A stretch of DNA of 64,000 nt from Lama guanicoe (taxonomy: Eukaryota). Within the stretch, counting starts at the first letter, position 1. Every line of letters starts with the position of its first letter. This document shows, piece by piece, positions 48,323 through 59,045 of this stretch. The position numbers were made by a program, and so were the translations under genes. The stretch is from NCBI GenBank assembly GCA_013239625.1, contig MU053881.1, forward strand, positions 11,150,873-11,214,872, read 5' to 3'. The notes under the pieces are model-generated. The model had not been told where the DNA came from, did no database searches, and was given only the letters and a program-made list of their open reading frames with translations.

Positions 48323-48729
48323 TAATGACATGGATAGAAGGAAGGGTATAATAAAATGCATAAATGAAATGGCATAATGAGATGCATAATTGGACAAATG
48401 TAACGATATGCAAAGAAGGAAGATGTAATATACACATTTTTTAGGCGTGTAATGAGATGCATAAATAGAAAGGTGTAATGAGATGTGCATGTTTAAGTAA
48501 TGCAATGAGAAATATAGGTTATAATAACATACATGAAAGTAATTTAGTAATGAGATATACAAGGGAAAGGCTTTAATGAAATCCACAAATGGAGAATACG
48601 TAAAGATGCTGAAAGGAGATGTAATGAGATGCACATATTTGAAAGTTATAATGAGATGCTTTAATGGAAGTGTGCAATGAAATGTATATGTTTGAAAGGT
48701 GTAATAAGACACATTAAAAGGGAAGAATG
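48323..48729 (+). repeat. Degenerate ~26-bp tandem array (16 units) with a TAATGARAT core
   Basis: Unit starts at 48323, 48349, 48375, 48401, 48426, 48450, 48476, 48503, 48522, 48548, 48574, 48601, 48622, 48649, 48675, 48702; approximate consensus TAATGAGATGCATAAATGGAAAGGTG. Confidence 0.9.
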
Positions 48730-49014
48730 TAAAGCAATTCTCTCCTCCTATGGAGAATAATGCTTCCTGAAAGCTTTGAAGAGTCATCATCCTAAGGGAT
48801 TTCTGTATTTTTACTTCAGTATAAATTAGGATACCATCAGCAGCTTCAGCCATTACTACATCTAATAGGTTTTCCCCTGGGTCCATGTTATTTTTGGCTA
48901 TATGGCTGAAAACAATGCCCCATGCCTGGGGCCACATTCCAAGGACAATTTCGAGCTGATTGCTGATCTTTAGACTAGAACACAAGAAGAGGAAAAGAAT
49001 AAAGAAAGGCAGAA

Positions 49015-49225
49015 ATTAACAGCTACTGAGTCTTCATTTGACACTGGAGTACTGCCAGGAATATTTGTGTAATTAAATGTTTCAATAATCTTATAAGGCA
49101 GACGTTATTATCTGCTCTTGACAACTTAGAAAAGCGAGCTCAGAGGTCAAAGTGGTTGCTCCAGGTCATATGGCTGGTAACTGTTGGAGCCAGAACTTGA
49201 GAATAGAGCTGCTTAACTCTTAATT
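49015..49225 (-). mobile_element. MIR SINE
   Basis: taacagctactgag...caataatcttataaggcagacgttattatc...gagctcagaggtcaaagtggttgctccaggtcatatggctggtaa. Confidence 0.8.
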
Positions 49226-49629
49226 GCTCCTTTCTTTCTATCTTTATTTGTATTTTTTTATTATTTTTTTCTTTCTTCTCTTTCTTTCTCTTACTCTGTT
49301 TTTTTAAACTTTTGTTTCATTTTATTTTGCTGAGTAATCACTGCTAATTATGGCTGAAATCTCCAGGGAGGCCTTATTAACACCTCCAGTCATGAATGTC
49401 ACACGTTTACATAGCCAATAGTTTTGCTGAGAGAATAAGGGCTATCAGGGTAACCACCTTGTTACTTGAGGATCTGAAAGATTATTAATGCCATTTATTT
49501 TCTGAACAATTTTGCACCATATTTTGCTCCATTACATAACTATGTGAACTTGAAGAAATTAATGTTTTTTTCTAATTAGACCAATAATTTTGAAAAGTTA
49601 TTTTGGAACACATTTTTGCTAGACTGTGA

Positions 49630-49850
49630 TTTTCTAGAGAACGAGTATGAAGACCTGATTCACTGCCACCTAAAAATCTGTGTGTACTCACCCAAGTGTC
49701 ATAGCCTCCCTTGAGATTTGGTTTCCTTATCTATAAAATGGGGATTATAGAATTTGTCTTATCAAATTTTATTATAGTGAAATAAAATACATGTAATATA
49801 TCTAGGACATTCTGCGGTGCAAAATAAATGGTGAATTAGTGTTAATTCCT
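49630..49850 (+). mobile_element. MIR SINE
   Basis: ggtttccttatctataaaatggggattatag core. Confidence 0.75.
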
Positions 49851-50759
49851 TCCTTACCAACTTTTAATCAAGTTTGAATAAGTAATTATATATTATATGT
49901 TATAAGTAAATGATCCTGGAATTCCAATTTTATTTGCATTTAGTTGGTAGTAGTCTATGTCAATAGATTAACTTATCAGAGGAAATAAAACCTAGAAAAC
50001 GTATATAGCAATGCTCTCTCTGACGGTTGTGGGCAATAATTTATTTTTGGGTTAATTGCTTACAGAATAGAAAGACATTAATTGGAAGAGAAAATTATTT
50101 CTTAAATAAAATATGTGTACCACAATTATTTCCTCTTTTATTGACAGAATTCAAATTAAACTAAGGACAAGGTAAATTCGTACCCCTCTACCCTCACACT
50201 AACAACTTTCCATAACCTTAATCAATCAGCCTAATATAGCAATTATCATCTTGACCACAGTCCCATTGGAGTCCATGATTATTTTAGGATAACTACTTAT
50301 TGTTCAATTAAGAGTCCATGAAAGGAGGTCAAACGTTGGTCACTTTTACTCATTAAAATTTTGAAGTTTTATCCAGAGTATTTTTCTACACAATTGAGGA
50401 TCATATTTGTAATTAATTATGAAAAAGTCATTCACCATACAAAGAAAAGCTGACTAGCTAGCTCAGTCCTAGCAACTGAATCTAAGTGTATATTTTACAT
50501 TGACACACACATTCTATTTAAGGACCCCAAACAGTAGGAGTTGTGTTAGATGGGCCAGCACAAAGATGAAGCAAGAGTGATTTCAAAAATTTCACATGGG
50601 CAGCTTTTTCTCAGTTTGAAAAACTGACAAAACTACCCCCCATTCACTTTCCCACATTGTGACTAAGTGATTCAAAATGCAGACGATTGGTTTTACTTTT
50701 CATTCACCAAGTGTATGACTATTTGAAGGTTACTTCCCTTTCTTAGAACTGGAAGAGGA

Positions 50760-50940
50760 GTTCAGTGATTAAATGTCTGTGCTCTGAAGTTTAGTTGGTT
50801 TGGTTCAGAGCTCATCCATGCTACTTGCTATTGTGCAACTATGGACGAATTTCGTACTCATAGTAAGCCTCATTTTCCTGTTGTCTACTTCATGTGTTAC
50901 CTATGCGGATTAAGTAAGACAGCTCATGAACGGTGTCAGG
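50760..50940 (+). mobile_element. MIR SINE
   Basis: cagtgattaaatgtctgtgctctgaagt...taagcctcattttcc...ggattaagtaagaca. Confidence 0.65.
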
Positions 50941-51219
50941 CAAATAAATTCAGAGCTCTGGCAAGAGCGTGTCCCCTCTCATATGAGCAGAGTAATGAGA
51001 AATTATAGTTTTGGATTTCCTACAGCTCTCTTACTGTAATAAATTAGGACTCACTTGGGGAGTAGTTCATATTCTGTTTAATTTGGCGTCAGACGTCTAG
51101 ACTATGACTTTTGTTCCACTTGTGAAATTAGACTAATCGTGTACCACAAAATTATGCCACTCCAGTGGATCCAAGAATATCTGGAGTTTCCTCTCTTAAA
51201 AGTAATGTGTTTTGTTACC

Positions 51220-52380
51220 ACCAAGATGCAGAGAGCTAGAAAAGAGAGTAGCCTCCATTCATACAATAAAAAAAAAAATTAAGCCAGGCAAACTGAAGGG
51301 GTATAATTTTTTCAACTTAACATAGAGCTGGCATCACAGGGCAACCAGTTACTCCAAAATCTAAACGGAGATAGGTGCCTATAAGGACAGACGTGATATG
51401 AAAACTTGTATACCTGAAGCAGATGCAGTGGAAAACTGGTCAGAAGAAATCAGCTAGAATTGTGCAGAAATTTAAGGAGGCAAAATATAGGCTGGCAAGA
51501 GAGTGTGAAGCCTATGTAGCCAAAAAAACACTGCAGCTTTTTCCCTCCAAGGTTGCACTGTATACTTACAAAAATAATTAGGAGGAGTCCTGATAAAGCA
51601 CTGCTCAGGGTGCAGCCCAGGGGAGGGGAGCAGGGGCCAGTGTACCAGGGCACAAAACTCCACTTGTATCACCCTGTTCTATCTCCTTTATGGAACAAAA
51701 ATCTTAATTTGGATGTGGGGGTGGGGAGAGCAAATCTACTAGGTATCTTAGAGCACCAGGGAAAACCCACTATCTAGGAGAAGGAAATAGAAGCATCTCT
51801 CTGCTGCTAGGAAAGGGAACAGGACTGTGCATTCATTAAGCCACAGCTGGAGGAAAGGCAGTAATATTCAGAAGGACACATTCCTGAGACCCAGGGACAC
51901 AGTGTTTGCCTAAGACTAAGGTTAAATCAGAACAACAGAGAACTTCCCTCACCCCACAACCAGGCTGACAAACAACGAATAACAAGTAACAGCGTAACGT
52001 TGCTCAGGGAGTTGCAAGAGCAAATACAAGACCTAAAACTGAGAATGAGACAGAAATTGAGAAAGACCTTCTGATAAACTAGCCTCCTCCAGAGCACAAG
52101 GCACCACTAAAAAACTCTGAAACTGGTGGTAACCTTCGTGAAAAACAACACATTGGCTAGACATAAAATAATAGAATCAGACTCAAGAGATGGCACAGAT
52201 ATTGGAACATGCAAATAACTAAGATTAATAAATAAAGGCTCTAATGGAAAAGACAGACAATATGCAAAATTAAATGAATGATTTCGGCAAAGTAATTTCA
52301 GCAAATTTCCATAAATTGAGGAATTATGAGTCAAATGGAAAAGCTAACAACAAAAAACACAATAACATACATAAGAACAC
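51220..52380 (+). mobile_element. Old L1M 5' UTR and start of ORF1
   Basis: accaagatg start; GC-richer UTR; aatagaatcagactcaagagatggcacagatattggaa and aaaggctctaatggaaaagacagacaatatgcaa are ORF1-proximal L1M motifs. Confidence 0.7.
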
Positions 52381-52389
52381 CTTATGGTA

Positions 52390-53495
52390 AAGATACAGAT
52401 GAATCTTAAATGCATACTGATAAGTAAAAGAAGTCAGTCTAAAAGGCTGCACATTTTATTACTCCAGTTATATGACATTCTGGAAAAAGGGAGACAACAG
52501 AAATGGTAAACAGATAACTGGTTGCCGGCAGTTCAAGGAAGAGGACAGTTAAGTAGATGAAACATTAGGGATTTTTTTTTTTAGGGCAGTAAAATGATTG
52601 TGCATGGTCCTTCAATGGTAGATACATGACCCTAAGCACTTCTCAAACCCCACTGAACTTTACAGCACAGAGACTGAACGTTGATGAATGCAAAATTTTA
52701 AAACTAATTTAGGATACAAGGAGACTTCAGGATTGAATGAAAACTGTGACTGAAGAACATAACTATATGACAAATGTAAGCAATCGTCTCCTTAAAGAGG
52801 GTGGGGGAAATGGCCCTGACCTAAGTAACCTTGGAAATAAATAAAATTTATACATACACACACAAACAAACACACACGCACCCTTGGGAAATGAACAATT
52901 AAGTAAATGCATGATAAATGATGGGAGGTAAAGTGTCCTTACTGGAGTGGGAGTTTACACATAAGCAATTAAGAGTCAGTTAGAATGACACATGTGGTGA
53001 CAGATCAGAGTTGGGGACATCAGTATAAACTCATGTGTACCTTACATATGCATATACTGCGTATGGTTAAATTTAGAAAGATTTGTCGATGTGTGTATAT
53101 ACACATATTTTCTTAAGTTGTAAGCTGAGAGGACCAGAAGCAGTGAAACCCCTGAGCAAACCTAATGCCCAGTACTCTTCAAAACTGTTAAAGTCACGAA
53201 AAACAAGGGGAGTCTGAGAAACCATCACAGCCAAGAGACACTAAGGAAACATGGCAATTGAATGTAATGCGGTGATCATAAACCAGAAAAAAATGACATT
53301 GGGTAAAAATTAAGGCAATATGAATAATTTATGGACTTTAGTTAAAATGTATCAATACGGTCCAGTAATTGTGAAAAAAGGTATGATATTAATGTAAGAT
53401 GTTAATAATAGGAGTAGATGACTATGGGAGTGTATGGAAATTCTCTATTATCTTTGCATTGTTTTGCCAATCTAAAACTATTTTAAAATTTATGT
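52390..53495 (+). mobile_element. L1MC-like 3' end
   Basis: gatgaatcttaaatgcatactgataagtaaaagaagtcagtc...aaaaacaaggggagtctgagaaaccatcacagccaagag...aatctaaaactattttaaaa. Confidence 0.85.
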
Positions 53496-53519
53496 TTATT
53501 AGAACAAAGTTATATACAA

Positions 53520-55600
53520 CCACTAAAAAAAGTAGAAATAAAGGCTTTCTCAAGTAAAAATAGAGAAGTCATTGCCAAAATACCTAAATTACAGGAAATG
53601 TTAAAGGAATTTTCCAAACCATATGCCAGAGAAAAGCTGGAATCTACATAAGTAAATAAAGAATGCTGCAAATGGAATAAATATAAAATAAAGTTCATGC
53701 ATTTCTCACTTTTTGTTTCTCTAAAAGATAATTAACTATGTATAGTAAAAATAGTAGCAATGTAATATATATTTACAGCATATGGAAAACTAAAATATGT
53801 TACATCCATAGTAAAAAGAATGGGAGGGGGAATAAGAAATGTTTTAAGTTTAATATACTACATGTAAAGATGTATAGTGTTATTTGAAATGCACTCTGAT
53901 TACAAAAGGTGTTTATTGTAAACATTAAGGCAACCAAGGTAGGATGGGGGAGATAAAGAACCCAAAGGAACCTTTAGGTCCAAACTAAAGGAAAGCCAGG
54001 GTTGAGAGGAGAAATGAACACAGATGTAAAACTCAACACAATGTTAGCAAATAAAATTTAGAAATATAAAAAAAGAATAATATAACTATACCAGATGAGG
54101 TTCAACCTATGAATACGAGGCTGGCTCAACATATGAAAATGAATTAAGGTAATCGGACATACTTTTATAGTAATGAAGAAAAACATATGATTATCTCAAT
54201 TGATGCATAAGACACTTCAAAAAAATGTAACATCCATTTAGGAAATAAAGAGGAGTTTACTCAACCATCTAATGGGCAGATAAAAATAATAAAACAAGTC
54301 ACCCCTGATATAATGTGATACTTAATGATGAATTAATGATTCTCCCCTAAGTTCAAGAACAAGGCAAGATCGATTCCCCTACCTCCTATTCAACAAGTAC
54401 TGGAAGACCTAGGCAGTGCAATAAAGAAAGAAAAAAAAGTCATATAGATTAGAAAGCAAGGATTCAAATTGCATCTATTCACAGACCATGACTGCCTACA
54501 AAGGAAATTCCAAAGGATTTACAAAAAAAATTAGAACTAAAAATTGAGTTTTAGCAAAGGTAGAGGATGATGTCAATGTAGAAAAATCAGTTACATTTAT
54601 ACAAATTGGCAATGAGTAATAAAAATTTGAAATAAAAACCACCGCTTATAATAGCATCACAAAACAATGAAAATTTAGATATAATCTAAAAATATGTATA
54701 GGACTTGTGTGCTAAAAAGCACTGATAAAATGAAGAAATTCTTAATAAATGGAGATACACACACCGTGTTCATGTATTAGAAAACTTAGTATCGTTAAGA
54801 TGTCATTTCTCCACAAATAGATTTAGAGATTTCAATTCAATCTCAATCAGAATCCCAGCAGGCATTTTCATAACTATGAACAAGCTGATTCTAACATTTG
54901 TATGGAAAAGTAAGTAAACTAGAAAAGTCAAACAAATTTGAGACAATAGATCTAAGTTTGAAGAGAAACAGGAAATTAGTATTTTCTTAAATTATCTCTC
55001 CCAAGATATTTACTAGTGACAAAGGGACTAACATTTTTCGAGTACTTTTCTGCATCAATTAAGATAATACTATGTGGGAAAACCCAGCAGACGTCACTTT
55101 AACCAAGTTAGCAGGTTAATTTCACCTGAGATATGACAATCAATAATGTATGCCCTGACCTGATGCCTTCAGAAAGGCATATCTCACTTACATGTTTCTC
55201 TTGCCAAAAATGCATAACCTCAATCTAATCATGAGAAAACATGAAATCAATCCAAACTATGAAACATTATGCAAAATAAGTAACGAATATTCTTCAAAAG
55301 TGTCAAAACATGAAAGACAAGGAGAGACTGAAAAAGCATGGCACATTGGAAGAGACTATGGAGACGTGACATAACTAAATGCAATGTGTGATTCTGGAAG
55401 ATGAAAAGGATGTTAGTGGAAGAACTACTGAAATCTGAATAATGTCTGTATATCAGTTAAGACTGAGTACTAATGTTAACTTTTTAGTTTTGACAACTAT
55501 CCCACAGTAATGTAAGATGTTGACATTAAGGGAAGCTGAGTGATGTGTGTACCAGAAACAAACTTTTCTGCAAGTCTATTTCAAAATAGAAAGTAAAAAA
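53520..55600 (+). mobile_element. L1M fragments: ORF1 end, decayed ORF2 (RT region) and L1MC4/5-like 3' end
   Basis: aaacatatgattatctcaattgatgca, ctattcaacaagtactggaagacctaggcagtgcaataa, tcaatctcaatcagaatcccagcagg, atgcataacctcaatctaatcatgagaaaaca. Confidence 0.85.
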
Positions 55601-56271
55601 TACAAACAAACAAAACCTTTAAATTTAAAAGGTTATTATGTTAATCATTACTTATGAACATTTATCAAGTAAATACCTTACAATCACCTAGATAAAGAAC
55701 AGTACAAAGAACAAACAAAGGACACAGCTTCTGCATTTATATGATATGATACACACTGACAGAAACAGATTTTTTTAGGAAATAGTCTGCATTGCAGAAT
55801 GAGGTATTTTGGTCAAGTCTAATATATTTTTAAGTATTTTCCTTTTTTAGAACTTCCCCACCATAAATCAATTGGTAGAAAAAGTAGAACAGACACAAGA
55901 ACAGTTAAAAAAAAAGTTTCAGAGATTTTCAACCAATGATAGTGACAATTCCCATCAACTAAAATGCAGAAAGAAGCTGAATGAAAGGACAACTCCAGGA
56001 TGCAGGAAATATAATACAGTTGCATCATTATAGAATTACAGAAATGAAGAATTAAAACGTCATTGATAATTTATTCATTCCATTGACTGGTGAGTGCATT
56101 TTCACACATCAGATTTCATTCCTCCTTTGATCAGTTATAATCAGTAAATCACTTTGTTTCTTTACACTTTCCGTTTAAAAACTCAAGACTCATGAAATTA
56201 AATATAACGATTGCTATAAGCACTTAAAACAATTCTAGACTCAAATTAACTGTCCCCTAATCTGGACCACC

Positions 56272-56740
56272 TTTTTAGTTTGCAAGTGTAAGAAACTCAA
56301 CTCAAACTGGATTAAGCAAAAAAAAAATGAACTGATCTATTCAAATAGATTAAACATCCAGAGAAAACAATTAGTTCTAGGCTATGCTGAATGTAGATCT
56401 CAAACTATTATTAGGGGGTCTCCAGCTCTCTTTCTCTGTCTCCAAGTTCTGTTTCCCTCTGTGTTGGCTTCATTAAGGCAGCCTTCTTCACATGATGGGA
56501 ACACTGATCTCCAGCAGCTAGTAATTGTTTAGCCTTTACTTCTGGAAATTTCCAGATAAATAACATTTTTTGGAAGCTTCTCAAAAGAACTAGGGAATTC
56601 TGGCCTGTTGGGAGATGTGTCCTGAAGTAACGTCTGTAGTCAGGGAATACTGGAATAGTGTCACCGATGAGGTCTGAATTACGTTTCTTCTTCTGGGGCA
56701 GGACCTGTGATCTCACCCAGCCAAACCACATGAACAGAGC
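56272..56740 (-). mobile_element. Old MaLR LTR (MLT1J/K/L-like)
   Basis: tttgcaagtgtaagaaactcaactcaaactggattaagcaaaaa...ctctgtgttggcttcattaaggcagccttc. Confidence 0.75.
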
Positions 56741-58869
56741 AAGAGTCTTATACAGAGTCATAATATCATAAAGGACAAAATCTGAAATATATCCATTGCA
56801 GTTGTTATTATTAGTCTTTTTTCTATCATGACCATAATAACACTATCTTTATTTTCCCTAGGAATTCATACCCTCAGTTACAGGTTGATTTCCTTTTTTG
56901 CCTAGTATTTGCATTAGCGCAGACTTCTTTTACTTGGTTCTCTTATCTCTCTCCTATTTAATTATCATAAAGTGAGAGGCAAATGTATATAAATTACAAC
57001 TGAAGAAAATCTGCACTGTAATTTAAATATGCAAAATAAAACACAGCATTTTTCAAACACTTACTGACATCCACGCATCCAACAGACAAAATAACTTATG
57101 GAGAATATAAACCCTCAATACTTGTATTTCACACCTTAAGAAAAATGATGTGTAAGGTTTTTCTTTCACTATTAGAGCTAAACCATATACACATTGTTTT
57201 TCAAATTTTATTTTCCATTTGAATGGTTTTCTTTTCTGAGCAGAATAATTAGTTGCATACATTTCTCCTTAGAATATGAAATATAAAACAAGTCAACAAC
57301 CTACCCATATCTTATATGTTAAGGAATATTGTGCTAAAGAACAAGAGGTGGAGAGTCAAATAAACATTAGTAATACTTATTCAGTCTAATCTACTTCCTC
57401 ATAATCTAGCTGCCCCTATTTCTTTTGCTATTAAAAGTCACGCTTCGTGAATTTAAATGTGCTTAACTTTGTGCAATTATTTTGCAAAGGAACAATACAG
57501 TTTTACATTTTACCTAAAACGGAAACAACAGAGAATTAAATTTGTTCCCTGTGCAGTTGAAGTCCTATTTTAGAGGGAAGATGCAAATTACAATAGTTAA
57601 ATGCAGTTAAATTACATTAATTTGATCTTTATCAGACAGAAAATATTTAAAAAATTAAAAAAGTAACTTATGACAGCTTCAGAATATAGAATTCATTAAT
57701 CTAAAAAATTGTAGATTACATACTCCAAATTTAGAAATAAAACTGTTTCTGCTTGCAATATTATTTTCATTTTGCTCAAGCAAAGATAAACTGTATTGTT
57801 TAAAAAATTAATACCACACATATGACACTTCTTTTTTCATTTTTCCTACCTTTTTTTTCTTTAATTTCCTAAGGCTTGTTTTAATGATTCAGACATTATT
57901 TCAGGGGTATAGAGTCATTTCTAGATCCACGGCCCATTTTGGCTGGCATTCTTACAATTATAATACCTACAATTTTTTGAACTGTTTCCTAGGTATTCCT
58001 CATGTTTTGTACATGTGAAACAGTTGTTAAAATGTCTGGCCCCTAACTCAGTTCATCTGAAGCCCTATGACCATAAGTGCCTTCTACTTGCCAATGTGAT
58101 AGGCAACATTTCCTTGGACTCTCAGACTATAAAAAAATGTTGGACATATGCAGAGGAAGCTGGAAATTCATGAGAGTATTTCTTTGGAAAGAACTGATAG
58201 TATGTTATGAATCCTGAATCCCCTATCTATAGGGGAGCAAAAGTCTAGTGAGGGATAGCTTTAAGAAGTCCGTATCTAGTTTGATCATTTGATTCATGGA
58301 TTCAATACACTCAGTGGGACTGAGGAGGTGATGGTGTGCTTCCTTTAGAGTTTGGGAAAAATAGTGCACCAGCATCATTTCACACTCGAAGTGCATCAAT
58401 CAGCTCTTGAAATCATGTCAGCTTATGGTTGCCCAAGATTATGACCTGCAGGGAGAGCTTGAAGACTAAGGTGTCCTCAGCAAAAAGAGCCCAGCACAGG
58501 GGCAGAATCAGATTATGTGGATCCTGGAACATGGACCATGTTGGGGTAGGAGGCATTATGAAAAATAACATAAAGGATATCTTAATGCTACAACTTAACA
58601 AAAACATAACAGTGCAAACATATTGTTAAGTTCCCCCTCAGGGCTTTGGATAGAGTTGGTGCATATATAGGTTCCTGGTTTAAGTTCCATTAGCTTCAGC
58701 AAATCTCCACTGGAGCTAGAACTTCAGATGAGTAGGTTGAGGAGAAATCATAATCAAAAGGTGGAGAATTAGTTATTCACTTCACAGTATCTCCAAAGAA
58801 CTCCCAAAATAAACTATGCGAGAGAGAGTAAATTTGTTTTCTGATACACCTAAGGAGCTCCATTATGAA

Positions 58870-59045
58870 CTTTACTATGTAATTACTCTTAATATTAGTA
58901 TTTTACAGAAAGGGGATCCTAAAAGTTAAAACTACTTGATTAAGTTTACAAAGTCATTAGTGGCAAATGAGGATTTGTATGCATGACTGGCTGACCTCAG
59001 AATGAGCAGATGAAATATTTTTAATCACGATGTTACACCACCTCA
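58870..59045 (-). mobile_element. MIR SINE
   Basis: attttacagaaagggga...aagttaaaactacttgattaagtttacaaagtcattagtggca...ggatttg. Confidence 0.65.

Noticed and set aside
48323..48729. CRISPR-like appearance (conserved repeat with variable spacers)
   Set aside because: Mammalian DNA; the core is only ~12 bp and degenerate, spacers are ~14 bp and compositionally related, and there are no cas genes.
48299..48985. Longest ORF in the window (228 aa, minus strand), overlapping the 26-bp array
   Set aside because: No recognisable domain; the His/Leu/Ile/Tyr/Phe-rich composition follows from the reverse complement of the repeat, and the 26-bp period is not a multiple of 3, so coding function is unlikely.
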